A DNA stretch of 64,000 nt from contig NC_087245.1 of assembly GCF_037042905.1 (NCBI RefSeq), forward strand, positions 37,884,001 to 37,948,000, written 5' to 3'. Both the position numbers and the translations under genes were made by a program. The notes below the pieces were generated by a model, which saw only the letters and a list, made by a program, of their open reading frames with translations, searched no databases and was not told the DNA's origin. Source of the stretch: Lytechinus pictus. Its lineage: Eukaryota. Positions 39,561 to 54,100 of the stretch are shown piece after piece (position 1 is the stretch's first letter; the number at the start of each line of letters is the position of its first letter).

Positions 39561-41210
39561 TCTAGTCAGTACTTCTGCTTTTCCGACCATGTATACTTGT
39601 AGCACCATACAACAAAGCAGGAAGCAAAGCATTCAGTTATTATAACTTTACTGAAAAAATCATGCTCATCCTGTCGCAGCAGGTTCCAATAAAAATTAAA
39701 CAGAGTTTCGTTCAGAAATCTCTTACTGCCAAGCTTATTGCTTGGCTCATAATCGAGCATGAAGCTCGATTATGGTCAACGATTGAGGAGGGAGATTGTC
39801 AGGCTATAAAATTTAATCTTTTAAAAACAGTTAGGATCATAAAATAAATATTTTTCAACAACAGCAATGGTAATTATCACTACTATTCATACGGGAACAG
39901 TGAAGAACAATCAAAGATAAATATCTAAAATAATCATACAGCTGTAAACATTGTTATTTCTCAGTAAATAGTGCTTAAATACTTTTAAAGAAAATACATA
40001 AATGATTACAAACGATTACTAAATTTCCCTATGCAACTATATACATGGATTAAAAATTATTCTACGCTCTTCACTGTTACGAAACCATGCTGAACATTAA
40101 ACAAACCTTTCATTTCATTACAATATCACTCGGTTTTGCATATAACTGCTCTGCCAAAAATATGATATTCTTTGAAATGTCATAACTTTCTTATTTTACA
40201 TCCGATTTAGATTAGATTTTCAGCGTTGTCCTTGTTTGCATTTTTCTCTATTCATTCAAAGTATTGATTTTCTGGGGTGGAGTTGACCTTTAACAATTTT
40301 TGATAAGCCACAGATTGAATTTTTTTTTTATTACTTCAAAAAACATACTTCCAATTTTCATAGAAAATTGTTTTGTTTGTATTAAAAATTTATGTAAATT
40401 TGCAACCGGTCAAATTTTTTCGATTGATAAATGCTATATTGTAATTTTTTAAGAACCATAATTATGCCGGAACAAAGTTATGGAACAAAATGCCCCCAAA
40501 ATTGACATATGCCCAACCTTGATTAAAACATAAAGAAATATATGCCTTTACACCTCCCTTTTTGTTGGGATGGGTCTGGTCGTCTTTTTGTTTTTCTACA
40601 ATATTTCTGAATTGCGTGTGTGTGTTTTACATTATAATTAGGTTATTATATACATATAGTGCAATAACCTTTGCGAATAAGCCTGATAGGCCTTTAGCCT
40701 CTTTCAATTCCCACCACTTTATGATTTCAAACTGTAAATGTTTCATTTTAATGTTTAATTGTTGTCTAGGCTATATCTATCTGCATATGAATTTGTTTTT
40801 CTAATGAGATATGGAATAACTTTGAATTTGAATATGCCAGGTATGTGATTTTTGTAATTCATATTCAAATTCTGAAGTGATTTTTTAAAAGCTTATCTAT
40901 TTTTGAGGAAAAGGAGTGAAAGGCCGATGCCAGTATTTTGTATGTTATCAATATATTGGCAATGAAAGGACCAAATGTAAACGATCATTTGAAAGAAAAA
41001 GTGAGATTATGAACACAAAGTTGTCTTTACTGCAAATAATGCAGAGTTCTTTCATTGTTTTATTTTTAAATTTGTGTACAGGAAATACTGGGTGTATCAG
41101 AAAAAAATAGAAAACCAGACTCGTATATCTTTTGCTGGAAAAAATGAAATCATTGACAACAATCAAATCTTATAGAACAGCATCAAATTAGCGACAGAAT
41201 TATGTAATTA

Positions 41211-44200
41211 TTAAGGATTTTCCTTTGGTTGAAAACTGTCCACTAGCGCCTTGGGCAGGTTCTCACAAGGTTCCCACGTTGCCGCTGACAGAGGAAACCC
41301 TCTCCATTGCACTTTATACCTGTTGCCATTTTTCTCCAGAAGTTTTTCAACGTAGTACATCTTTTCTGTTGAAGAAAAGATAGTCCTTGATCAGTCAATT
41401 ATTTCTAAAATTAGCATCATTAATGTGACTGTGCTTTGCCTCAAAATAAAAAAGAACAGCATGGTAAAGGGTATATAGATATGTGTATCTAGCTTTTCCC
41501 AAGTCTGATATAAATTTGTAGTCATAAGAAATATATGTTGCATGATCTATCCTGCAGGAAACTGATGACCTGGGATGAAATGACTCGCTTTATGGATAAT
41601 TTAATATTGCGATTTCAAACAGACCAGTAATGCTGATTCCATTGAATCAATTGTGACATAGTATTTTACTTTCAAACTCATTATTACATTACCTTTTCTT
41701 TTCATTTTTGTTCTTTTTGATTTTTGCTTTTGCTGCAGAGTATCTGAAAGATAAATATAGAAGCAAATAAATATGTTAAAGAAACCATAGCAATACAGCA
41801 CTTTTCTCATGCATCTGGCAGAACAAACTCCTTTTGAAATCTGTATCATATGTCCAAAAATATCATCTGAACTAGATAAAAGAAATAATTTAAATGAAAA
41901 CTTTTCAAGTACATGTATGAAATATCTCTTGTTCGCATTGCCAATGGGAAAATCTCCATGGCATTCTTTCATTGATATGTTTATTTAATTTTTATAATTT
42001 TTCTGGAATATACAATTCATGTAGTTCGAAAGATTTCTCCTTCAAATCAAGTCAAATAAGCTGCATTTCCTTTTAAATGTAAACCTGAGTTTACATACAA
42101 GGATAATGAGGTATACACTTTTTTTACAAGCACATGAAAGTAATGATATTATAATTGCCTTGCCGAACGTTGCTAGACTTGACAGGGATAACGGCATGGG
42201 TAACGGAATGAGTGACAACAGGGATATCTGGAGGATTGGTAGTGCATGGCAAATTATCTGGCCTGTTTGGTTGCGTGATGGACTTGAGATCTATAAAATT
42301 TCAAAAATAACAAATACAAATAACTATTCAACTACTTTGAAATTATATGTACAACAATTGTCTAAAAAATAAATGCTTCATAAATATGAAGTTGCTGCCA
42401 AGAAAGGAATTTTCAAAGTAACAAAATTCAGTTCAACCACAATATGTGAATGTACAAGGGGTGGAGATTAAAAGTTTTTATAATATAATTCATGAGTCTG
42501 ACTTATCTATTCATTGCTTAGAAGCTTCAAAATTAGGACTATTGTTTCAATCACTGCATGATCTCAACCAAACAGCAGTTTCCCTCTACTGATTGTACCC
42601 TCTTTGCAATACATGTAAATAATCTCAAAACATGACATTTAATTGTAGACAATTCCATATGAGACGTTTCATTACTTGCAAGCTAGGCTACGATTTCATG
42701 AATTTACATCTTTTCGCAAAGGAGGCCCAGGAATGAAATGAAAAAAAGTGCTTTTACAATATTGGAACTTAATACTGATATCTTCTAAAAGGTCCTATGT
42801 TCTCACTAATTAAACTTAGGCCTATTTATCTCGTTTTTTTACCAGCAAGTGGGGCATCATCACTGTCACTCTCATCTATGTCTGCTAGGGGGATTGCTTC
42901 TGGTGAAAGAGGGGTGGCTTCATTTGTGGCCTCTTGAGTGGCCTGACCTGTTTAAAATGGAAAAAGAAATGATTAATAGCATTGTACAATTTACCATTCA
43001 TCCCCAATTGTCTACTGAACATGGCATATCTGCATGTCCTTTCTTGATTCCTGCAACATTAAGTTTATTTTGTTAATAAAGGAATTGGTACCCGTTTCCT
43101 ACAGCAATGTAGTTCATGTACAATTCTAGAGTGTGAATGAGACAATTCATCAATGGGTGATCTACTTATCATAATTTTGTATTTTCCTTACATATTACCA
43201 TTCACTATAAAGAACGAATGACTTTCTGAGATATGACAATAGTGTTTTAGATTTGGGATGGTAAATTCCATAAACTTAAGCATTTAAGTCTATTATGTAT
43301 TTTAGGGTTTTGTCTTATTTGCCTTAGTCATATTCCAAACATGTAATACATTTTCTGAATGTTCAGAAAACAAAAAAGAAATGTCAAAATGTTTTTATGA
43401 CATGATGCAATTGCAGCAGCAAATTGGGGGAAAATAACTACACATAAAAATGGACCATAAGCCCTACATGTCCTGTATGTATTATGCATACAAAGTGTTA
43501 TTTTCAGTTTTGAGGTTTATTTTTAACACTTTGTAATGTCATGACTTTTTATTACACATGTGTGACACTGTTTAAAATAGATCTAATTATTTTTTTATGA
43601 AATCAATTAATGCTTTTTGTTTTACTTTGTGGGTCATAATGAGCTTGGTGTAATAGCAGCAGACAAACTAAGCCACTCGGTAGAAAGCCTACAGTGAGTG
43701 TTGAAGTTAACGTTTGGGCTGTTCATACTGTTAAAAATTGGTGTACACAAAAGTCCTAGTTAATACAAAATTCAGAGTTAGGCGTAATTAAAATAACATA
43801 ATTTGGCTGAAAATGTTACATTAGCCAAAAGATAGGGAAAACTGCTAAAATTTCAGGCTTAGTTTTTGGAAAATGGACACAGATGCATCATCAGCAAGTG
43901 AATGAATATGAATGTTTCAAGAGTTTATTAATATTCACAGCCTTTGTTCTATTGGGAATCCTCGTGGACTTTGTTCCTTATTCATCTTTTTCATGAACAA
44001 GAGTTGGGTTTTCACTTCCCTGATAAAAGTAGCTGTTTCTTAGAATTTGGTTTTAGTTAAAAGATTATACTTTTTAAACAAATAATTTCTATTCCTGTAT
44101 GCAGATCTGGCAATTGAACACACTTGGAGTTGTACAGTTCACATTTTTTTTGTAAATTTAAGTTGAATTTGAGGCATTACCTTGAACTACATCCATTTCA

Positions 44201-47200
44201 ATTTCCTTGGTGGCTTCCTCTACAACTTGTTTTGCTACAGAAATAAAAGGTAAATGAACATACAATTGTAATAATATCAATTATAAAAATAACAATTAAC
44301 AGGGGGAAAAATCAAAGGTCTAGTTCAGTTAAACTTATTAAACTAGGAATTTTGGTGTACAGTTTAATACAGAGATGATCATGAATATGAAAGAACATAT
44401 CACTACTGTTTGTAAATCGGCATATAACATGGTCTGTAACATTTGTTGTATCCAAAAATATTTAGATATGGATGTTACAAAAGAGATTGTTCATGCATGC
44501 ATCATTAGCAAATTGGATTACTGTAATAGTCTACTATATGGGATCCCTGACTCAAATATTGAAATTGGAGAGGGTGTAAAACACAGGTCTGCGCAAGGCT
44601 TATGTTTGTTTGTACGAAATACACACGCATCACACCAATACTAAAAACTTACATTGGTTGCCAATACGGCATAGAATATCATTAAAAGTCTTACTCATTG
44701 TCTACAAATTAAGCACTTCTTGGTCAAGCTCCTGGCTACATTATTGTACAGAATTAAGTATTAAGGTTTAAAACCAGTAACCATGGTTGCAATTTGCGCA
44801 GTTCATCGGATCCTCTGCTTTTACAGATTCCATCCTTCAAAACAAAAGTAACGCTAGGTGATCAAGCATTTGCTTGTGTAGCCGCCAAGCTCTGGAATAG
44901 CTTACCCTTGGAAGTTAGGAAAGCACCATCCGTAAACAACTTTAAATCAAAGCTCAAAACACATCTATATAATTAATAACAAGCATTTTAGGAGACCTAT
45001 ATGGAGCAGTAGAATATATACTTAATGGAATAGTTATTTTTATTATTATTTGTTTGGCGTCACCTGTGCCTGAGGGTAATGTATATACATTCATGTTGTC
45101 ATTCCTTCAGAGATCAAATGACGTCTCTTGAGGGGATATTTTTTAGCTAAGCTGCATTTAGAAGACGAGTAACTTTGCAACAATTGAAGAAATTGAACTT
45201 TTTACATTTTATATCATAATAAAAAATATTAGTCATATCATTGAGTGGGTTGAGAGAAAGTACGGGTGAAAATAAGTAACATTTCATAAAAATAAAGGAC
45301 TTTAGATTGAGCTGTGGATACATTTATGTAAGGTGCAATATGGCAACAGAAATTGCCATATTTCTAGTTATTTTTTTATTTTCGATAGTTTCGCTCGTGT
45401 CTTGTCACCGAACTTGCTCGATATCTGAATTATTGGATTAAGAAATTTTCGTTTTTATTTTTAATTGGAATATAGTGTTGTCAGCATTACTATGATTTTA
45501 GATGAATTTTCTTCCACTACTGTGTATCTGGAGACCTTGTCAGCGAATACTCAGAGTACTCCCAGTGCAAACCATCTTTGCCTTGTTTTGTTAAAAGCTG
45601 ATGACCGAGATATACATTAGGTTTTCTATGGCCTTTTATCTCTGACTTTTTATACTTCTGGCTATTGTAAAATATACGTTTTACATATTGTAAAATATCA
45701 GTTTTACATTCCCCCCCCCCCCTCTTTATTCGACATATCACATGTTTGGCATTTTTGCCTCGATCTGGTGATTCTATGACTTTAGATTATCTCATTACTT
45801 CAAACTGAGAAATTATGTAAAATGACGTACATACATGCATGAATCACATTCAACATTTGTTTAAATGATTACCTACCAGAAAATTTTATTGAAGACATAT
45901 TATTCATCAATGACACCAGTGTCTTCTTATCGTACAGGCAAGTTCTTTTCAACTCGACCCCATGTGGCAACCCCTCTACAGAAAAAGTGTCCATCTTTGT
46001 ATATGGCACTGTCCTTCTCTTGCATCCTGGAATTCCTTCAACTGGAGTGGACAACATGACGTGTACACATTTAGCAGTAAACATGAAGAAAATTCTATAC
46101 TGAATGATTAATGCACAATGTATACAATCAAATCTGCATTCGTGTGGGGGGTATGTGCTGTGAAGATCCCAATTTCCTATACAATGACCTCTGTGACCTT
46201 GACATTGATCCAAAATCAACTCAGATCGTTGTCACTCCAATATGCATTCATGCATCAAGTTTAATACCTCAAACAGTTTTTCAGTTATTGATCGCAAGAA
46301 CAAGATGTTTTCAGACAATGACATGTGACCTTTGACCTTGATACCTAAAAAACTAATCAGATTATTGTCTATCCAATATGTCTATGATCCAAGTTCGAAA
46401 TTGATAACAGTTGCCAGTATATATGACACATTGTCATGTGTATAATGATCTCTGAACCCTTTGACATTTGACAGTGATGCCTTTAGAACTAATCATATCA
46501 TTATCCCTCCTAAATACAAATACGATTATGATGTCAATTGGGGTTCATCTGTAAGATGGTTATTGCAAGAAAGAAAATGCAATGGGAAAAAACAGATGGA
46601 CAACCCCAAACCATATTCCTCCGGCAACCACCTACAGTGTATGTCTGCATGAATAGGAAAAAATATTAAAAATGAATAAAATCTGGGCCCTGCTTTTTCT
46701 TCGTGATTATTTCACATAGGTTGGATATGAATATTGATACTTACCATACTTCTTGTTGAGCATGTTTGTAACCTTTGTGCGGAGGCTATCCCTGTCAAGA
46801 CATTCTTGTTTTTCGTCTATGACAGAAAAAATTAAAACATGATAGAAATTTCTGGGTTGGTATTTTTAACAAAGTTGTATAAAGTAAAGAATAGAGGGAC
46901 GGTGCCAATCTCTTCCATGTCAAAATTTTGAATATCTATATATACATATATGTACTCTAGTGTAAACCCTCCCACTGGTACATGTTCCTGTAACTCTTTC
47001 ATCAGTAACTCGTTGGTTTAATTTCTTTGGGATTTATTTCTTGGGTTCTAGCTGTATAAGCAAAGCTAAATTGATTTAATACAGAAAATACATGTACATG
47101 TACCTTTTGTCCCACTGAAAATTTCATTTAGCATGAGGGTTCCCATCTGTTTTTGAGTTGTTGCTTGTATCTTCGATGAGTATCCTTCCAGAACCCTCTC

Positions 47201-48066
47201 ACCGTCAGAGGCTATAATTGCACATGCATAGCCGAGTTCTTCAAAGTCCTTGATCTATAATCAGGGAGCCAAAGGAGGATGTCATATTCGAGTATTACAT
47301 AATTATTGCATTCTTAATATCAACAATAATAATAACATCAGATTCACAAAGGATAGCCACTTCAGTTCGAAGCAATTGTTAAACCAGTGGGCCCTACATA
47401 TATGTTATTAGTATTACCCCCAAGTGCCTTTGCGCTAGTAGAAAGCAGCTATACATATTTCATTAGTCCTTATTATAACTCAACTGAATTCAATATAGAG
47501 GTATCGTTGTAGAATATTGAACAAAAGAAGTAAAATCAAAACATTTTCCCCCATCTTGCAATGATGAATTCATAAAAAATTTTATTTATGCAGCCGTGTA
47601 CATGACATATTTTTTTATAGTCGTGCAAAGTTCTATTAAAAGAATGACAGTCTAAAATACTGCAAAAATAAGAGCTGGTATCTCTGATATTATTCTCCCC
47701 ATACATACGATTTTGTTTGCCTTGTCCATTAGCTTCTTGGCGATGTTTGCTCTTTGCTTGTCAGACAAGTTCTCCATTTTTTCTTTGGCTTGCTGTTCGG
47801 CTAGTTTTTTGTATTTTGCCATCACAACTTTGTCCTTAGACAGTCTCTTCCACTGTACAGGTGCTTGCTTCATGGCCTTTTCTTTCTCCTCCCCTGCAAC
47901 CAAAGGGTATAATGTAACATCATATTATACATGGCCTGCCAGGAGAACGGTTTCAGAACCGAAGGGGCTCCCGTTGGTAAATAAGACAGTAGTAGTAGTA
48001 GTATTGGTAGCAGTGTAGTAGTAGTATTAGTAGTAGGTGCAGTAATAGTAGCCCGTAGTAGTAGTG

Positions 48067-48139
<73 letters not shown>

Positions 48140-51100
48140 AAGTAGTAGTAGTAGCAGCAGCAGCTGCAGCAGTAGTAGCAATAGAAGTTAAAGTAGTGGT
48201 GATTATATCATGAAATATAATTATATTTTTATTATCATCACAAATAATATTGTTATTACTATTATTTGTATGATTATTGTCATTACTATATATGAATTAT
48301 CATTATAATTACTGCCCATACCTGACAATCCTTTAAATGCAGTACTCAAATAAGCATCATAGGCTCTGGGGCATTGAGTAACACTTCCATTGCTCCTTGG
48401 CTTCCCCTTTCTCTTTCTGTTATGGATCCACCTCTTCATAAGAAAGTAAATCAAAAAATTTTATTTTTAATTGACTAAAATCATCACTATTAAACAAGAT
48501 GCCTCTTGATGTATTGGAACTGAAATTAGACACTGCAACTCATAGAGCTTTTGCACCCTCTTTTGGCAATGATATATCCTTTTCCTACACAAAAGCAATC
48601 AAAAACATTTTTTTTAAATTACAGACATGCATAAATTATATTGTTTTTTCAGATCTAATTTATTTAAAGGTCATGTCCACCCCAGAAAAATGTTGATTTG
48701 AAGAAATACAGAAAAATCAAACTAGCATGACGCTGAAAATTTCATCAAAATCGGATTTAGAATAAGAAAGTTATGACATTTTAAAGTTTCACTTATTTTT
48801 CACAAAACAGTGATATGCACAACTCAGTGACATGCAAATGAGATGGTCAATGATGTCCATTGCTCACTATTTCTTTTGTTTTTTATTGTTTGAATTACAC
48901 AATTTTTCATTTTTTACAGATTTGACAATAGGGACCAACTCGACTGAATCATATAGTTTTAAGCAATGCTAGTTCCAACTGTTCATGGAGGAATCAAGCA
49001 TTGTTTCACTTGACAATGAGGAGAAAATTTGAATATTTCATATTTCATGTAATAGAATACAAAAGAAATAGTGAGTGGATGACATCATCAGTCTCCTCAT
49101 TTGCATACCGACCAGGATGTTCGTATAACTGTTTTGTGAAATTAAGCAAAATTTTTAAAATGTCATAACTTTCTTATTTCACATCCGATTTTGATAAGGT
49201 TTTTAGTGTTTTTGTTTGTTTGATTTTTCTCTTTTTATTCAAATCAACTTTTTGTTGGGGTGGACTTGTCCTTTAACAATTGAAACAATATTTCATTCCA
49301 TATCACAATACATTCACATTTTGGAAGTATATACTTCAGGCTTTACCAGATTACACGCAACTTTAAACTAAGCTAACTGTAAACTCTAAAAAGACGGTAA
49401 GGGGGGAGGGATGTCGGTGCTATGGCTATGTTTGGTGAAAATCCAAGGTGCCAGAGTTATTGAATGTTCATGTTTTAACAGCTTAATACTGTGATGTCAC
49501 ATACAAGCAGCTCAGGTAATATAATTAAATTTGTGTAAACCATTCAAAATGGGAACATTTAATTTACATTACACAACATATGGGGTAGCTACTCACATAC
49601 AGATAAGACATCACAATTTTTTTCAATAGAAATGAGTAACTTTCTTAATCTTTGATGGATTTTCATAAAATCTTCACAAATAGGCCCTATTTTTCTCAAA
49701 TTTTCTGCTTTTATTAAAATCAATCCTCATGGTGAACTATTCCTTCAAAAGCTGGAATGGATTAAAACTACCTGAATGGTAGAAGGGAAACTGTTGCCAA
49801 CAACTCCTAAACGTAGGAATTATATAAGTGCACAAATACCTTTATTTGTGAAGCAGACACCCCTGTTCTTTTTGATAGCTTCAGCACTTCACGTTTATTT
49901 TTTGTTGTTGAAACATTGTTCAACCCGTTGTTGAAATGGGCCTCCAACTCTTCTGCTATTGCTGCATCTATTCTGAAATGAGAAATGTTCAATTATGTTT
50001 CACATGTATTGATTCCTCAAACCAAATATGGCTGGAGGTAAATTGCCATATTTGGTCTACTTCCCTCTTGTTCACTTAGTCTAATATCATTTTATCTACT
50101 AAATATTCAGTCCGATTGGCCTTAATGCATTCCATCCAATCACCAACTGGTCTTCATCAATTTTGTAAAATGAATAGGCCTAGCTACTTACTCAAATTTT
50201 TCAGTTCATCTAATATTAATTTGGTCCAATAGCCATGTCAATTTATTTTAATTAGTCCACCTGTTATTACCTTCTTATCATTTACATTTTGTCTAAAAAT
50301 AATTTCGTCTGATTATCATTTCATCCACCAATGAGTCATCAGTCATATGATAATTTTGTCTAATCAGTGCCATTTGGTTCAATTCACATGGTCTAAAGTT
50401 CACTTGGTCCAATTTCTTCCTGTGTGTTACCAATAATTGATTTATTCATGATATTACAAATGAATACATGTACATGTATATTGTAGGTGATGGTATTTTA
50501 TTCAGGTCTGTGTTCTGTCTATCTTTTTATTTTGCATGTCCGATTTTCGTGGAGAATTTTGAATATTGGTTTATCAGATACATATATTGTTTCAAAAGTG
50601 AACTCCCCCCAAACATTATTTATTTTGTTTTGTATTTTGTATGGTTGGTAGTTGTTTATAACAAATTATAACAAAAATCTGTCTACCTGTATTTAAAACA
50701 CAATTTCAATCTATCTCTGACAAGAAGTACCAATGGCAGGTGAAAGGCAGACATGCAGTACTTGTACACCATTTGCAAAAGGTTGAATGATTGATAGGTA
50801 TAGCTATATTTTTACCAGCTTGTTGCTATAACAACATAATGCCTAGCTAGACTGTAATATCTCGAGAATCGAAATATGTGTACCAAGACATGAATTAGTC
50901 CTGAAAGTGTCTGTGTTTGCAGACTAAAGTGAGTGGGGTTGGTCATAAACAGCCCACATTCCTGGAAAGTGATAACACAAAGCATTCCATTTATGCATAC
51001 TGCAAGGAGCAAGGGAGTTTATGGTTGTGACCTGTCATCCTTTGAAATGTTAATAGTAAATGTACACATGCATGGACCAACTACATTCATGTTGATGCCA

Positions 51101-54100
51101 GGGTTGAGACAGTTCCCCAAAGAAAAGTTTGTTGTAAATATTGCAGAAAAAATAATGATACTTGGTGAAGGTTGAGGAAAATTAATTACAGATTAAGGAA
51201 GTTATTAGAATTTTAAGTTTTGGATTTGTGATGTCATAAACGAGCAGCTGGCCCACGATACATAATATTATAAAATGCATAAATTTCAATTTGTTAATGA
51301 TTTGCTGCGACTTATTTTGGTTTTCTTTATTAGGAATGGGTGTGAAATTATTTGTCTATTAACATACTGAATGTATGTACATTAAGAACCAATTTTCTGA
51401 AAAGCTTCTTTAAGAAAAGTTCTTATGTATTTTGTTATGTGAAATTAGGTTTTTCAAATTTTCCTCTAAGAACTAGAAAAATTGGATTGACAACTGATTA
51501 AGTGCATTCGATATTTATTGCTGCAACTTATTTCATTATAAGGGAGACATAGCCTATTATTCACAGAAGTATGACATAATGACAAAATTTATGATTTTAT
51601 GTAATAACATAAGAAAACGGAAAGTGGGGATGTGACATCATCAGCCCACCTAATGAATATTCATGATGACTGTTTTCACAAAATATTGCTAAACTTTAAA
51701 CTTCAATAACTTTATTATTTGTCATCCGATTTTGATGAAATTTTCGGCATTTTGCTCAGTGAGTGTATTAAGATATAAATATTTTCAGCCGGGACCATCC
51801 CTTTAAGTAATAAGTCTTCTACCCTACATACAGACAGTTTGTACTCCTGACCCATTCCATGACCATACACCAAAGAGGAACAGATCTTTCTTGTATACCG
51901 GTATACTACTCCAGTTGGTTATCTTCAGCGATATTTATATTTCTACATAATTCTTTCTACCTTTAAGAAAGATTGATTTTCTCAGATCTTTATTATGTTA
52001 ATGATATTGCTTACACACTCATGTATATATATACAGTTGAGGCTGAAAGTTTACATACACCTATGGAATTCAGTGAAATTTGTTCCCTTGCCAAACATAA
52101 TAAAATTTACTATATCTTCAAAAATATAAATACTGCCTTGACAACTATGGTATCAAATGAAAGAGCGTATTAAGCTCTTTCACATGATTGGGATGCCATT
52201 GGGATTAAAGTATATTTCAGGTGGAATTTTCTTTTAATAAAAAAAGTAATAATCATGCCAAATGTATTCTTTTGTTATTATATATTCAAAAATCCTTTCA
52301 TAGAAATATATAAATGTCAAATCTATGATTTGTATTACATTTTCTATCATGATATGTCACCACTGAACAACAAAAATGTAATCTGAAATGTTTGTGTTGA
52401 GAAGTAATTAGCACAAATATGGAATATTTTTGTGAAGTTTTTATTTTTTATTTGTCTATTAAAAATATGAAGATTTTTTTTGAAAAATGACACCTAAATA
52501 TTTTTCAGCTCCTGATGACAAAACAATATGACGAAGGGGCATGAAATAGTCATTTGTTTGATATCAAATTTGTCATGATAGCACAAACATTTCATAAGGT
52601 ACAGTAAATTCTATGATGTTTTGCAAGTGTCAACTTTTTTTTTTGAATTTCCTGGGTGAATGTAGACTTCTGGCCTCAACTGTGTGTTTGTGTATATATA
52701 AATATATATATATATACTTTTTTTTACCTGTGAGAAAAATATATATATTGTACACGCCTCAATTTATATTGTTTGTATAAGTTCCATTTATAAATATTGT
52801 AATTATTGTTTACTACTTTACATTGTTCTGTTAAAAATGAAATAAAACAAATTGAATCGAAAGATTGATTAAATATATTGGAACGTACATGTAAGCAACA
52901 TTGTTCACTGTGTCTTCGTTGTTAGTAACACACGCTTTAGGCCATTGAACACTACCTGACTTCCACAATTATACCTATATTTGAAGAGCGCAGTTGGAAA
53001 AGGGGTTAGGTCCATTTCAATTTGGTTGCAAAAGGGGTTAGGTCCACAAAGAATTATTTGGGAAAAGAATATTTGACAAAATATGAAGGCAGGTAGATTT
53101 CTTTTATACCCAATTTTATGTTCACATGGTAGGGTATCATGAAAATTTTGTTTCGCACAAGAATATTGCAATATGGGATAATAAAAAAAAAAGATTTTCT
53201 TGGAGTGAACCTAACCCCTTTTGCAACTAAACTCTTCTGAAGAGCTCATTTGTCAAAAATGAGTTAGGTCCATTTTTCATTAATTTTTATTTTTTCTGTC
53301 TCAAAACCTATCGATTTTTAGTCGCTCTGATAATACCAAACAAAATTGAAATTCACATTAAAACATGAATAAAAGTGGCAAAGAAAAGTCACTGTTTTAT
53401 TCAAAAGAGATTGGATTCTATTCAGTTTGCTTGCAAAAGGGGTTAGGTCCACAATGGTAATTTTTGAAGAAAAAAAATAGAAAAAATTTGGAGACAGGTA
53501 GATTTCTTTATAGCCAATTTTATGTTCACATGATAGGGTAGTACACCATGGCAAATTCGTTGCTCATAAGAATATTAAAATAAGTGAGAATAAAAAACAT
53601 GATTTTCTCGGAATGGTCCAAAGTGGATAACCCCTTTTGCAACCAAACTCTTCATTTCACCACAAATATTATAGAGAGTTCATTAATATATCATAATTTG
53701 TTATTATTATTGTTTTAATGAAAGTTATATTAGTAGTAGTATAATTAATATATTTATTATTATCATGCCATCGTCATCATTCATCTTCATCAACAACATT
53801 GTTATTAATCATCATTATTAGTATCATTTTATTGTTATTATTACATGTATTCTTATTATTAACACTCTGCATTACATGTTTTGTGCAAATAATTATATTA
53901 ATGAAACATGCTTGGAAGCTTGTATGAACGCACAAACTCCAGATAGTTTATGTCCAATTGATCTTTAAAAAAAGTTCAAAGCTCTGTTGTCCATTGACAC
54001 AACTCCCTTTGTTGTATGACCACAAACCCATCACCTGTTTGCACAGATTGATGTGGTACTTATCCTTGCATTGTGGTTACTGTTCCTCCTAAAAGACGAT

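Noticed and set aside
47870..48181. Poly-Leu ORF
   Set aside because: Translation of the (AGT)n microsatellite in an intron.
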